A stretch of DNA of 64,000 bases, from the NCBI GenBank assembly GCA_964016885.1, contig OZ024743.1, positions 275,156,001 through 275,220,000 on the forward strand. Direction: 5' to 3'. A program made the translations under genes and the position numbers. The stretch comes from Eledone cirrhosa (taxonomy: Eukaryota). Of the stretch, positions 1 through 12,614 are shown piece by piece. The notes under the pieces were generated by a model. That model worked only from the letters and a program-made list of their open reading frames with translations, searched no databases and was not told the origin of the DNA. Each line of letters starts with the position of its first letter. Positions within the stretch are counted from its first letter, which is position 1.

Positions 1-135
1 TTTTAGTCCAGCCAGCGACTTGAAAACTCTGGTACAAACACTACACCTGTGACAATTATTGACACATAGTGCTGGGCCCATGGTACCATGTGACGACAAG
101 TGCAGAGAGATCTCCAGATATAAAGGAATGCCTGT
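1..135. repeat. Dispersed repeat; inverted copy of 57658-57791
   Basis: Reverse complement matches 57658-57791 with a handful of substitutions; the continuation of that copy (57778-57880) also matches 55982-56080. Confidence 0.8.
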
Positions 136-264
136 GCCGTGAAGCTTCTATAGTGAGCAAAGGCACTGCACAAAGCCAGTCCCACTCTCTTAACCAAGAT
201 GATATTTACCAAAAAGAAGAACAAGTCAACATCATTGGATACCATCAGAGTTGCAGGTGTTATA

Positions 265-520
265 TCAGAGTTTTCCTTCTCCTAGAATTCTGCCTTGACA
301 AAGGCTAAGGGGTCATCTCGCCCGGTGATTTTGGATGGCCATTGACTCTTAAGAGCTCCTTTGCCCTTTGACAGGTTTTGTTTTTAGTCCTGCAGGATGT
401 CCAAAGTCACCCTCCTCACCAAGAAACCTTGGTGGGGTTGCCAGTTTAGTCGTCAACGACCCGACCATGAGACAGGTTGTACTGGGATACATGTTTCCAG
501 TAGCACCAACTGGTGACTTG
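265..520 (-). mobile_element. Probable non-LTR (RTE-like) 5' UTR fragment
   Basis: TCAGAGTTTTCCTTCTCCTAG...AAGGCTAA motif resembles the antisense 5' region of RTE-type LINEs; recognised from memory only, no coding signal. Confidence 0.35.
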
Positions 521-1172
521 ACATACATACATACACACATACATACATAGATACATACATACATACATACATACATACATACATACATACATACATACAT
601 ACATACATGATGGCTGCCCCCTCGTTATCGAGTATGGCCATTGCACGAGAAAAAAACATAATAACAATAACAATAATAATAACAACAATAATAATAACGA
701 CAACAACAACAATAATAACATACATATATATATATATACACACACACGCACACACATAAACCTATCTATACACACACACACGATAGCAATTAACAGCGCT
801 GCGATCGAATGTGGCTTTTTAGCCCCTAAATGTATTGCACATACATACATACATATATACATACATACATAATACATACATGCATACATACATATACACA
901 TACATACATACATGCATACATACATAATACATACATGCATACATGCATATAAACATACACATTTATAAGAACACAGTTTATGTCTTTCTCGCCTCCCCTT
1001 CCCCAAAATACTCTCTTATGCATATCCACATTATGCACACACATGCAACCCACGTACTTAGATCCACACATACTCACACACCTAGATCCACGCATATATA
1101 TATTCACATACACTTACATGAAATTAACGAAATCCTTAGTGATACAGCGTGTGAGACGGCTGATTATTTGAA

Positions 1173-1400
1173 TTAACCCTTTAGTATTCACATTACTCTA
1201 TATTTACTATTGTATTTTCATGGTAAAGGCTTTACCTCACATAACTATCTCACATAATATCGAATCTATGAGATTTTGAAAGTATTTATTTTGAGAACAA
1301 TACCTTAACATCAGTTTGAGTGACCAGCTACAGCCAGTTTCAACAGAAAGAGGTAGATAATTCTGGCCGATTTGGGCCGGTTTGAACATTAAAGAGTTAT
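1173..1400. mobile_element. MITE with TTAA-CCCTTTA...TAAAG(A/G)G-TTA ends (piggyBac-like non-autonomous)
   Basis: Begins TTAACCCTTTAGTATTCA and ends TGAACATTAAAGAGTTA: imperfect terminal inverted repeats bounded by TTAA-like sites. Confidence 0.55.
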
Positions 1401-1560
1401 GGTACAGCCTCAAAATATATACTGTCTACCCAATTTTACTCACATGGCATAGGTAGACACGAGGCTATGGTAAATATCATTTGTCCAAGATGCCACCAAA
1501 TTGGGACCGAACTCGGTACTTAATGTTTTCGAAGCGAACTTAACCATTCCGTCAGGCTGC
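1400..1560 (-). mobile_element. Degenerate tRNA-derived SINE fragment
   Basis: Antisense B-box (GGACCGAACTC) and CORE-like TTTGTCCAAG segment. Confidence 0.45.
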
Positions 1561-1690
1561 ATCTACGCCCCTATTTACACACATATATATATTGCAGATC
1601 TGTATGCACTTTCGCCCGTCCGTCTATCTATTAACCTTTACACTTATAAAATTCTCTCTAGCTAGATTATATGGGAACAAATCTCCCCTT

Positions 1691-1728
<38 letters not shown>

Positions 1729-2191
1729 ACTCTCTCTCTTTCTTTTTCTTTCTCTCTTTCTTTCTTTCTTTCTCTCTCTCTCTTTCTTTCTCTTTCTCTA
1801 TCTATCTATCTATCTATCTCTCTATCTCTATCCCTATCTATCTATATATCTCTCGTCTATACCCTTTCAAACACCACTAATTCTATACATACACTGACAG
1901 AAACATACACCCAGATTTACAGATACACACACATACTCATGCTAATCCATACACATACAAACACACACACACATGAATACACACACACAAATTAGCTCTC
2001 ATCCATACACATCAAAACACCATTACCTCTACACATACACACATACGCACACATGGTAACACGTACGCATACAAATCAGTCCCCATCTAACCACCTTTAT
2101 CAAATTTCATGAAACTCTGTATTACAAGACTATGACCTCCCTGTATCTGCAGTCAAATAGCGTAATATGTCTCAATATCCGCCCGCCGCCA

Positions 2192-2347
<156 letters not shown>

Positions 2348-2403
2348 AAGAGAGAGTAAAAAATCATAAACACACACACAGAGAGGTATATAATGTATGT
2401 ATG

Positions 2404-2498
<95 letters not shown>

Positions 2499-2564
2499 AT
2501 TGTGTGTTTTATTATTATTTCTGACAATATTATAACAATATGACCCTCCCAAAATATAACAATA

Positions 2565-2642
<78 letters not shown>

Positions 2643-2645
2643 CAT

Positions 2646-2698
<53 letters not shown>

Positions 2699-2930
2699 GA
2701 GTTATATATATATACGCACGCGCATAAACGCATACAAACATATATATGTAGCATGTATGCGTGCATACACACACACACACTACATACATATACACACATG
2801 TATATATATCCCTCCATCTTAAACAAATCAAATATTCTGTTCACAAAACAAGACTTAACCTTATAAATAATCAAATCAAATTCATCACGTTTCCTTTTAT
2901 ATTTTATATTTCATATCTGCTCCCCTCCCT

Positions 2931-2968
<38 letters not shown>

Positions 2969-2974
2969 TATATA

Positions 2975-3069
<95 letters not shown>

Positions 3070-3079
3070 GTTATTCCGG

Positions 3080-3212
3080 GTTGAATCGGAGGTAACCACA
3101 GTAAGTAAGGTACTCAATACATAGCAGAGTATAACAGTTTTAATATAGATGAGATTCTACAGGACTAAATGAATGAAACAGTTCTAGTCCTGTAGAATCT
3201 CATCTATATTAA

Positions 3213-3216
<4 letters not shown>
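3080..3216. mobile_element. Head-to-head palindromic mini-element in (TA)n (same family as 37945-38195)
   Basis: GTTTTAATATAGATGAGATTCTACAGGACTA / TAGTCCTGTAGAATCTCATCTATATTAAAAC inverted arms; junction GAATGAAACAG is the 3' half of hammerhead stem II plus GAAA. Confidence 0.75.
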
Positions 3217-3253
<37 letters not shown>

Positions 3254-3299
3254 TGCATATGTGTTACTGCGTGTACATATATATATATATATGCATATG

Positions 3300-3392
<93 letters not shown>

Positions 3393-3694
3393 CTGCGTGT
3401 CTGTGTGTGTGTGTGTGACTGCGTGTCTGTGTGTGTGCATGTGTGTCTGTGTATGTGTTTTTTATCCACTCTTTTTTTAAATATATTTATTTAAATTGTA
3501 TATTTATTTATTTATTTATTTATTTATTTATTGGTTGATTTATTTCATTTTCTCTTTCTTTCTAGCTATCTTTCTTTCATTCGTTCATTCTTTCATTCGT
3601 TCATAGTATCGATGTGTTTGATATACACATATTATTCCATATTTATACATTTATACTTTCACTGCTTCTTGTCATGAATGGTTGTCTGTTTAAA

Positions 3695-3915
3695 AGGCGT
3701 TGGATTAGCAGGATTGGTAGAACGTCGAACAAAATGGTTTGCGTGATTTGTTCTGGCTCTTTACATTCTGAGTTCTAGTCCCACCGAGGTTGACTTTTCC
3801 TTTCATCCTTTCGGGTTCAAAAAAACAAAGTATCAGTCAAACACTGTTGCCGATATAATCGACTCACCCTTCGCCCAAAATTGCTGGCCTTCTGCCTAAA
3901 TTAGAAGCCATTATT
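3695..3915 (+). mobile_element. tRNA-derived SINE, Deu/Nin-like type (SINE type 1)
   Basis: Head GGATTAGCAGGATTGGTAGA, B-box GAGTTCTAGTCCC, central CCTTTCATCCTTTCGGG, tail AATTGCTGGCCT...; homologous to about 12 other copies in the window. Confidence 0.8.
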
Positions 3916-4344
3916 TACTTTCTTATTTACATTCTTTCTATTCACTTTTCTTTCTTTTTTCTCTTTCTGCGATTCCTTCTTCTATTCTTTATTTTTTCCT
4001 TACTTATTTCAGTGTTATTTCTATATCAAAATTTACATCATCTAATGTCTCCTCACAACCAACACAACAACCGTGTTCTTTTACTCTCACCCACTCACAT
4101 TCTCTGATGAAAAGCAACAGTCCGAAACGTTAGATCTTCTTGCCTCACATTAATAATTGAATATTTCCTTCGAACTCCCAATCATCGGAATTCGGATTTT
4201 GCACTGTTATTAATTTTCTCATATTTCAGTTTAGGCTCATCTCACCCACCTCTGCTGTGTTTAGTTATATTCGCTTACGATCTGAGTTCAAATCTTAAAT
4301 TATAGGACTGTTCAATCAGGGCTGGCTTTGGGCTAAACACCAAT

Positions 4345-4388
<44 letters not shown>

Positions 4389-4390
<2 letters not shown>

Positions 4391-4925
4391 TGGAATTCTA
4401 TAAGAATTCAACACACATAATTTTCAGCAAGCAGGAGGAGTAGTGAAAAGTACGAAACAGAGCTCTGTCAGTTTATCTCCCCTGTTTGCTGAAAATTTAG
4501 ATAAGTGACATTGTCACTATTTTAAAACAATAGCGTATGGTCTTCAAAATGCTTTTAATTAAGCATACAGTGTATTGCAAAATACACTATATATACATTC
4601 ATATATATATCGCTATTTCAGAGCACCAATTCTAATTTTCAATTTCTGCTGGACCGGCGACCGCTCTGTATAATCAGTTCCTGATTATTACTGGAATTCT
4701 ATAAGAATCCAACATACATCATTTTCAGCAAACAGGAGGACTAGTTATCTTTGATAAGTGCCAAAAATACGAAACAGAGCACTGTCAGTTTATCTCCCCC
4801 TGTTTGCTAAAAATTTAAATAAGTGACATTGTCACTATTTTAAAACAATAACGTATGGTCTTCAAAATGCTTTTAATTAAGCATACAGTGTATTGCAAAA
4901 TACACTGTATATACATTCATATATA
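4389..4925 (+). mobile_element. 301-bp partial tandem duplication in (TA)n with hammerhead remnant
   Basis: ACTGGAATTCTATAAGAAT at 4389 and 4690; second unit has the ribozyme core, first has it deleted; 4610-4685 is homologous to 11490-11570 (minus). Confidence 0.75.
4745..4792 (+). ncRNA. Type I hammerhead ribozyme, U3-A8 core variant
   Basis: TTGATAA(4751)-GTG ccaaaaa TAC-GAAA-CAG agca CTG-TC; proximal stem I is imperfect but a long distal stem exists (TTCAGCAAACAGGAG / CCCCTGTTTGCTAAA). Confidence 0.6.
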
Positions 4926-4929
4926 TATA

Positions 4930-5120
4930 TTAGAAAATGAGATTTTTTTACAAAATGAAAAAAAAACCAGGTGTCCTACATGAGTGAAAGTATAAGGACA
5001 AAAGATGAAATCGAAAATGTAACTGGAGTCGTTTTTTTTTAAATATATTTATTTGGTTCCTTTAACGGTTTCGCATTTCTTGTGCTTTTTAAAAGTAGAA
5101 TTGAGATGGAGGGTTTGTGG

Positions 5121-5122
<2 letters not shown>
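4930..5122 (-). mobile_element. (TA)n-inserted element, same family as 13636-13835
   Basis: Reverse complement aligns by eye to 13636-13835. Confidence 0.7.
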
Positions 5123-5169
<47 letters not shown>

Positions 5170-5361
5170 AAATTGTAAGGACCCCAACGTCTGAGCTCCG
5201 GCCGTTTCGACAGCTAGATCCGAACATTCGGATCTAGCTGTCGAAACAGCCGAAGCTCAGCCGTCGGGGTCCTAACTCTTTTATTATTACCCACTCTACT
5301 ACCCTAAGTATCGAGTACTCTGGTGTGTTATAGTCCACCTGGTTTCTTACCACACTTTCTT

Positions 5362-5363
<2 letters not shown>
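5170..5363. mobile_element. Family A (variant) palindromic mini-element
   Basis: Short minus arm and long plus arm joined at AGATCCGAA-CAT-TCGGATCT; flanked by (TA)n. Confidence 0.8.
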
Positions 5364-5406
<43 letters not shown>

Positions 5407-5536
5407 TTCTTCATCGAATTCCGGGTAGTGCTATTGTCCGTCAGTCCAGAAGTTCCTCCAGAACTTTCTGTTTTGTTAACAGGCTTATTATCCACAGCCG
5501 GCTTGCTAGACATGTCGCGGATTGCACGCACAGACA

Positions 5537-5635
<99 letters not shown>

Positions 5636-5645
5636 AACAAGTAAG

Positions 5646-5739
5646 ACCCCGACGGCTGAGCTCAAGCCGTTTCGACGGCTAATTCTGTACTGAATGAAAA
5701 TTTATTCTGGTATTTAAATAGCCGAACTTATCAAGGGGT
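5646..5739 (-). ncRNA. Type I hammerhead ribozyme, U3-A8 core variant (mirror of 7846-7939)
   Basis: Same sequence as the 7846-7939 motif on the minus strand. Confidence 0.7.
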
Positions 5740-7416
5740 AATTCCATATATGGTCAAAGAGATAATCACCAGGATTGGTCACATCACAAGTTAGTAGTAA
5801 ATCTGTGATGGCAAGTTGGTGGGGGAAGGGGTAGCTAAACCTGCCGGTAGGAGAAAAAGGGAAAGGGGGTGGAGTAGACCCATTCATGCGTTGGTAGTGC
5901 CAGCTACAGCTGGGTGTGAGGTCAAAGAGGATACTGGGGAGGGGGAGGGGGAGGAGGTCTAAACGGTAAGTAGAACAATGAAAGGTAAAACTATAAAAGG
6001 TACTGAGAGAGAAAAAAAAAAGCAAAATCTGGTTACTAAGACATAACTCTCTCGCTATTGCTAGGCTGAAGAAATACATAAATAAATAAATAAACAAATA
6101 AGTGAATAAAAGAATAGATAAATAAATTTAAAAAAAAAAAAAAAAATATATAGAATAAAAAAAAATAAATAATAATAATAGAAATAAACTAGGTGGGACG
6201 GAAATAAAGGGACCCTTATACGAGGTATAAGTGCGTGTATCGTACGGTGACGAGTCAACAAAGGGGGGGGGGGGGCAGAATACTAAAGAGACTACCACGA
6301 AAATAATAAAGGTTTCTACCCCAATCACAGGGCCAGCAACCACCCAGTGCAAGAAAGTAAACTAGTACCAGAATATAATTCAGGGTCCCGCAAAAAAATA
6401 CTAGTGCTAACTCTAAGGGTACCGCCACGAAACAAAAAGTCTTATACAAGCTACTTGAAAGATCGTACGAAGTAAAAGTAAAGAACGGAAAATTAATACA
6501 GGAAACCCCCCCCACCCCCACCCCCCCAAAAAAGGGGAAAAAGAAGAAAGAAATACTGGATAAACGAGAAATTAAAGCAAAGATGCCACTAAGAAATATA
6601 GAAGGCACGGAAAAAAGGTACAGCGGTCGGAGAGGGGGGCGAGTATCCGAAGTCTAACACCTCTGCTATAAAAAGCGGAGTCAGCCAAATCTATCATAGA
6701 ATAGGGGAGGGGGTAGGGGTGCTGAAGCTACAAGGGACCGATGGGCTACCTCGGGTGGGCGAGAAAAAGACGACGACAAAGAAAGGGAACTGGGATAGAA
6801 GGACTAGGGAGGGATGGGGGGAAGGAGGAAATATAGAGGAAGCGATAAAAGAATGTAAAAGATCTTACGTCTCCATTGGCAAGCAGGGGTTACCCATTAC
6901 AAAATAGGCAAGTGGGGTGTTATAGCCCTAGTCTACCCCCCCCCCCCCCTCCCCGGGTCATTATGGGGTTTGAGGGCGAGGTAAGTCCTACGTAATCGGT
7001 GTTTAATTTCTCGTTTATCCAGTATTTCTTTCTTCTTTTTCCCCTTTTTTTTGGGGGGGGGGGTGTTCCTGTATTAATTACTTTTACTTCGTACGATCTT
7101 TCATGTAGCGTGTATAAGACTTTTTGTTTCGTGGCGGTACCCTTAGAGTTAGCACTAGTATTTTTTTGCGGGACCCTGAATTATATTCTCGTACTAGTTT
7201 ACTTTCTTGCACTGGGTGGTTGCTGGCCCTGTGATTGGGGTAGAAACCTTTATTATTTTCGTGGTAGTCTCTTTAGTATTCTGCCCCCCCCCCCCCCCTT
7301 TGTTGACCCGTCACCGTACGATACACGCACTTATACCTCGTATAAGGGTCCCTTTATTTCCGTCCCACCTAGTTTATTTCTATTATTATTATTTATTTTT
7401 TTTATTCTACATTATA

Positions 7417-7458
<42 letters not shown>

Positions 7459-7845
7459 TTTATGTATCTATTCTTTTATTCACTTATTTGTTTATTTATT
7501 TATTTATGTATTTCTTCAGCCTAGCAATAGCGAGAGACTTATGTCTTAGTAACCAGATTTTGCTTATTTTTTTCTCTCTCAGTACCTTTTATAGTTTTAC
7601 CTTTCATTGTTCTACTTACCGTTTCGACCTCCTCCCCCTCCCCCTCCCCAGTATCCTCTTTGACCTCACACCCAGCTGTAGCTGGCACTACCAACGCATG
7701 AATGGGTCTACTCCACCCCCTTTCCCTTTTTCTCCTACCGGCAGGTTTAGCTACCCCTTCCCCCACCAACTTGCCATCACAGATTTACTACTAACTTGTG
7801 ATGTGACCAATCCTGGTGATTATCTCTTTGACCATATATGGAATT

Positions 7846-7939
7846 ACCCCTTGATAAGTTCGGCTATTTAAATACCAGAATAAATTTTCATTCAGTACAG
7901 AATTAGCCGTCGAAACGGCTTGAGCTCAGCCGTCGGGGT
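7846..7939 (+). ncRNA. Type I hammerhead ribozyme, U3-A8 core variant
   Basis: Stem I ACCCC/GGGGT; core TTGATAA (7851); stem II CGGCTA...TAGCCG with about 35-nt loop; GAAA (7912); stem III ACGGC...GCCGT; cleavage triplet GTC (7932-7934). Confidence 0.75.
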
Positions 7940-7982
7940 CTTACTTGTTCCTATTACCCACTCTATATATATATATATATAT

Positions 7983-8335
7983 AACGAAGGAAATGTGGTA
8001 AGGAACCAGATAGATCATAACGCACCAAAGTACTCAATACTTAGGGTAGTCCAGAATTAGCCGTCGAAACGGCTTGAGCTCTGCCGTCGGGATCATACTT
8101 GTTCCTATATATATATATATATATATATAGGAACCAGTAAGACCCCGACAGCTGAGCTCAAGCCGTTTCGACGGCTAATTCTGGACTAAACTAATTCTAG
8201 TCCAGAATTAGCCGTCGAAACGGCTTGAGCTCAGCTGTCGGGGTCTTACTGGTTCCTATTACCCACTCTACTACCTCAAGTATTGAGTACTTTGGTGCGT
8301 TATGGTCCACCTGGTTCCTTACCACATTTCCTTCG

Positions 8336-8337
<2 letters not shown>
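7983..8337. mobile_element. Two further family A palindromic mini-elements (7983-8106, 8130-8337)
   Basis: AACGAAGGAAATGTGG tail and GAATTAGCCGTCGAAACGGC core in opposite orientations, each bounded by (TA)n. Confidence 0.85.
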
Positions 8338-8396
<59 letters not shown>

Positions 8397-8399
<3 letters not shown>

Positions 8400-8579
8400 T
8401 CGATCAACTTTTCGTCAAATCGGACCAAGGAAACAATGTTTCTATTGGGCTTTCCAATTGCTAATACTATCTATCGGTCGCAACTCCAGGTAGAAGGAGC
8501 AACGTGAAATAAAGTGTCTTGCCCAAGGACATAACGCATCGCCCGGTACTGGAATTGAGTTCATAACCACTCAGCCACA

Positions 8580-8580
<1 letters not shown>
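8397..8580 (-). mobile_element. tRNA-derived SINE type 2 (CORE-like body), same subfamily as 37145-37360
   Basis: Antisense TGTCCTTGGGCAAGACACTTTATTTCACGTTGCTCC and shared 3' part. Confidence 0.8.
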
Positions 8581-8660
<80 letters not shown>

Positions 8661-8723
8661 TTTTATATATGTGTGTGTCTGCTTTGTCTAAGTATGTATG
8701 TATCTATCTATCTATCTATCTGT

Positions 8724-9072
8724 CTGATGGAGAGAGAGGTGCTGTACCCCAGCAAGTTTTATGAAAGGTGGGTGAAAGTGGCGAGAATGGCCCGAGTGAA
8801 TGGGCCTTCTCACTATATCAACCTGTAGGTTGAGGAAAAGGAGGAAGAGAGGAAAGGGGTACAAAATCTTCGTACTCCTGGAGATGGGGGTTGCACATTT
8901 TTTCGGGGGTATGTGTTACCCATATGAAATGCCCCCCCCCCCCCTATTGGGGAAAATCGATTAACTTTTCAATTGCATTTGTGATAGCATTTTACACGTT
9001 TTTATTGAATGTAAACTTCCCCCTTTGTATTTGTCCCCTTCTTTTGTGCCCCTGTGGCTAACAAAGAAACAT
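8724..9072 (+). mobile_element. L1/Tx1 LINE 3' fragment in (TATC)n
   Basis: Matches 22135-22470 (end of ORF2 and 3' UTR); flanked both sides by TATC/TGTC repeats. Confidence 0.85.
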
Positions 9073-9779
9073 ATCTATCTGTCTGTCTGCCTGTCTATCT
9101 CCTTTATTTTTGTTTCTCCTACGTTTCATGTAAACATCATTCAACATTTTGAGATTGTCTTCATTATTTCATTCCCCTTCACTCCTTCAAATTGTATATT
9201 TCTTTAGATTTATTCTTTATTCCTCTATTATCCTCTTTCAAGAATTCTTTCAACTATTCTTTCATTTTCTATTTACATTCTTCTTCTTCTTCTTCTTCTT
9301 CTTCTTCTTCTTCTTCTTCTTCTTCTTCTTCTTCTTCTTCTTCTTCATTCTACCTTCAATCAGTTATATTTCATTATTACGCTCTCCATTCAATTTCTAT
9401 TTCGAGATTTCAACTTCCTGTAGAACATTCATTTTCCTTCCTCTTAAACAACCCGGCCGTTTTTTGTGGTTTGTTGTTGCTGTTGTTGTTTTTTCATTCT
9501 ATTTTTTTTAGTTTTATTCTCGTCCATTAAAACTATTTTCATCATTTTCCCTCTTAACATCCATTTCCTTCCTCCGCCTTTTCTAAAAGGTGGTGGCGCG
9601 GTAGGAACAGTTGAGTAGACTGTCAGATAAAGCACCTTCTCTTTGTTGCTATGGTTGTGGTCGTTATTGTTGCTATGGTTGTTATTGTTGTTGTTGTCGT
9701 GTGATGGTGGTTCTTATTGCTGTTGTTATTGTTTTTGTTGCCGTTGTTTTATGGTAGTGGTTTTTATAGTTGTTTTTGT

Positions 9780-9980
9780 TTTGGCAGTATCAGTAGAGCT
9801 TCATGGCATAGAGTTATGGCCTTTTACGTTCTCAGTTCAAATGCCGTCAAGATTAGCTTTGCCTTTCATTTTTACGGGGTTAATAAATAAAGCACCAGTA
9901 ATGCACTGGAGTCATATATAATCGACTTTCCCTTCGCCCTTCAAATTGCTGGCCTTGTATCTAAAGTAGAAACAATTATT
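9780..9980 (+). mobile_element. SINE type 1
   Basis: TTGGCAGTATCAGTAGAG head, CAGTTCAAAT B-box, GCCTTTCAT, AATTGCTGGCCTTGT tail. Confidence 0.75.
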
Positions 9981-10357
9981 GTTTTTGTGGTGGTCATTGG
10001 TGTTCTTATTGTTGTCATTGAGATTGTGATTGTTATTGTTTTTGCTTTGCTGCTATTGTTGTTGTTGTTGTTGTTGTTGTTTACTTCCCAGATCAGTCCT
10101 GATCTAGCAGATGTGTGACAAAAGTCATTCCAGCCGTGACCATACCGGCTATTTTTAAAGTACATTATCTAGCAACCTTTGAAATGTGCAATGAGGAAGA
10201 TAACATTTAATAATAATAGTAATAATAAATGTTCTAAAATGCTTTTAGTAATATAAGAAATCAGCGTTCTCTGTCAACGGAGATGTTTACATGTCTATCT
10301 CTGTCTATTTATATATCTATTTATTTATCTATCTATCCTCGTATGTGCATATATATA

Positions 10358-10414
<57 letters not shown>

Positions 10415-10514
10415 ATTTACATATACACAAACTAGACAAAGTCATAGATATGTTTTTGGCAACCATTCACGATGTGGCTCAATGATGAATTAATAAATTA
10501 AATAATCAGAGCAA

Positions 10515-10895
10515 TATACTATAAATTATGTCCATAGAATCATTTGATAAGATATATACTCAATTTCCTCACCCAATTAGTATAATCAACCACACAAAAA
10601 AAAACAATTAAACCAGGCTATAAGATTAAAAGGCACGTGTGAAGAAATAATAGATAAATAAACGATAGCCATCTATTCGCGGTCAACAGCTATAGAATAT
10701 TTACCCAGCATTTCAATAGCACGTGGAAATCGATTAAATATACCGTCAACCATACACAATTAGGTATAAAATTAAAGTTAGAATAAAAATATTATAGCCT
10801 GGTTTAATTGGTTTTTGTGTGGTTGATTATGCTAATTGGGAGAGGAAATTGAGTATATATCTTATCAAATGATTCTATGGACATAATTTATAGTA
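10515..10895. repeat. Inverted repeat (about 110-bp arms, 170-bp spacer)
   Basis: TACTATAAATTATGTCC...AAACCAGGCTATAA versus TTATAGCCTGGTTT...GGACATAATTTATAGTA. Confidence 0.8.
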
Positions 10896-10946
10896 TATAT
10901 ATATATATATATAAAAGAAAAATTTTCGCTCTACATGGCTGAATAC

Positions 10947-11246
10947 AATAAATGTAATCTGAGTTTTTCGAATATTAATAATAACATTCGATTCGTTTGC
11001 AATTATGCAAACACGCCTCAATTGTATAGCCATGTAGTAGAATGAACCCTTCATTCTTGCTTTTGTGTTGGCATGTGAACATAACTGCAGACACTAATGA
11101 TTCTGGGTATCCCCCTTCATCAGTACAACTCATTGTTCACCTGCCAAACTGTCAACATGGCTATAAAATTGAGGCTTGTTTGCATAATTTTGCAAACGAA
11201 TCAAATGTTATTATTAATATACGAAAAACTCAGATTACATTTATTA
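10947..11246. repeat. Inverted repeat (about 90-bp arms) in (TA)n with CTGATGA remnant in the spacer (minus)
   Basis: AATAAATGTAATCTGAGTTTTTCG...GCCATGT versus ACATGGC...CGAAAAACTCAGATTACATTTATT. Confidence 0.75.
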
Positions 11247-11366
11247 TATATATATATATATATGTGAATATAGACATAGAATATTCGAAAATATTCTGTA
11301 TGTTTATAATAAACATTTTGAAGACCTAATCGCTATAGAATAGAATACGTCACGTATTACAATTAG

Positions 11367-11455
11367 ATTCTCGATAAAAGCAAGGGAAGTAATCTACGCG
11401 TTTCATTCTTATTAGAAATCTTCAGGACTACATATCCAGTGCTTTTATCGAGAAT
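11367..11455 (-). ncRNA. Minimal type I hammerhead ribozyme (copy 1)
   Basis: Minus strand: GTAGTC-CTGAAGA-tTTC taataa GAAt-GAAA-CGCG-TA-GATTAC; extended stem I ATTCTCGATAAAAGCA/TGCTTTTATCGAGAAT. Confidence 0.85.
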
Positions 11456-11676
11456 GACACAGCTAGAGACTTATAGAATACTTAGCTGTGTACAGGAACT
11501 GGTTTGAAAGAGCGGTTGCCGGTCCGGCAGAAATTAGAAATTGGAATAAATGCTCTGAAATAGCGATATATATGTGAATATAGACATAGAATATTCGAAA
11601 ATATTCTGTATGTTTATAATAAACATTTTGAAGACCTAATCGCTATAGAATAGAATACGTCACGTATTACAATTAG

Positions 11677-11765
11677 ATTCTCGATAAAAGCAAGGGAAGT
11701 AATCTACGCGTTTCATTCTTATTAGAAATCTTCAGGACTACATATCCAGTGCTTTTATCGAGAAT
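11677..11765 (-). ncRNA. Minimal type I hammerhead ribozyme (copy 2)
   Basis: Identical motif 310 nt from copy 1. Confidence 0.85.
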
Positions 11766-11927
11766 GACACAGCTAGAGACTTATAGAATACTTAGCTGTG
11801 TACAGGAACTGGTTTGAAAGAGCGGTTGCCGGTCCGGCAGAAATTAGAAATTGGAATAAATTCTCTGAAATAGCGATATATATGTGAATATAGACATAGA
11901 ATATTCGAAAATATTCTGTATGTTTAT

Positions 11928-12060
11928 AACGAAGGAAATGTGGTAAGGAACCAGGTGGACCATAACGCACCAAAGTACTCAATACTTGGGGTAGTAGAGT
12001 GGGTAATAGGAACCAGTAAGACCCCGACGGCTGAGCTCAAGCCGTTTCGACGGCTAATTC
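11928..12060 (-). mobile_element. Family A mini-element, single arm
   Basis: Full tail through to GACGGCTAATTC. Confidence 0.85.
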
Positions 12061-12065
12061 GCAAG

Positions 12066-12143
<78 letters not shown>

Positions 12144-12568
12144 CTTGCCGTTTGCTGTCTACTTTCTCACTGACGCCAGGCCAATTGTTCAGCCTTTTCG
12201 TAGGTAGTAGACGCATGTTTCCTCACCTCCTTATCCAACAACATTTGTTCTACGAAAGTCAAATTTTTCTGTCTTCCAACATCAATTGTTGCACATTTTA
12301 CGCAATGTTTTATGTATTTATTTCTCTTTTGGTTGAAAGATACCCGTAAATTTTCTTGTCCATTCTTTGGTTAGTTCTCACATGCATCTCACCAACAGAG
12401 CAGTTATCCAATCTGTTGCGGAAACTGGCATCACAAGTGCAGTACCACTTTAATGCGCGAAACTGCACGCCAGCAAGTTAGCTGACGAAGTAAAGATGCA
12501 GTTGTTTGTTTTATGTGGCTGTATCCATTTTCTACTGACACTAAACACAGTCATACACACATATATAC

Positions 12569-12614
<46 letters not shown>

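Larger units (their letters stand above)
5634..7964. mobile_element. Long head-to-head pair of family A (PLE pLTR-like) elements
   Basis: 5634-~6575 is the reverse complement of ~7003-7953; the left arm has about 400 bp of extra 5' sequence; both outer ends abut (TA)n; non-coding. Confidence 0.85.
11262..11927 (-). mobile_element. 310-bp tandem repeat (2.1 units), retrozyme/PLE-like, one hammerhead per unit
   Basis: TAGACATAGA at 11271, 11581 and 11891; units nearly identical; third unit cut by a family A insertion. Confidence 0.85.

Noticed and set aside
6999-7871. 290-aa hydrophobic ORF in the long inverted repeat
   Set aside because: It runs through homopolymers and (TA)n, the mirror arm is frameshifted, and no domain is recognisable.
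12160-12490. Possible coding remnant (minus, GRQKNLTFVEQ...LAWR)
   Set aside because: Short, interrupted and only vaguely like a LINE C-terminus; cannot be assigned.
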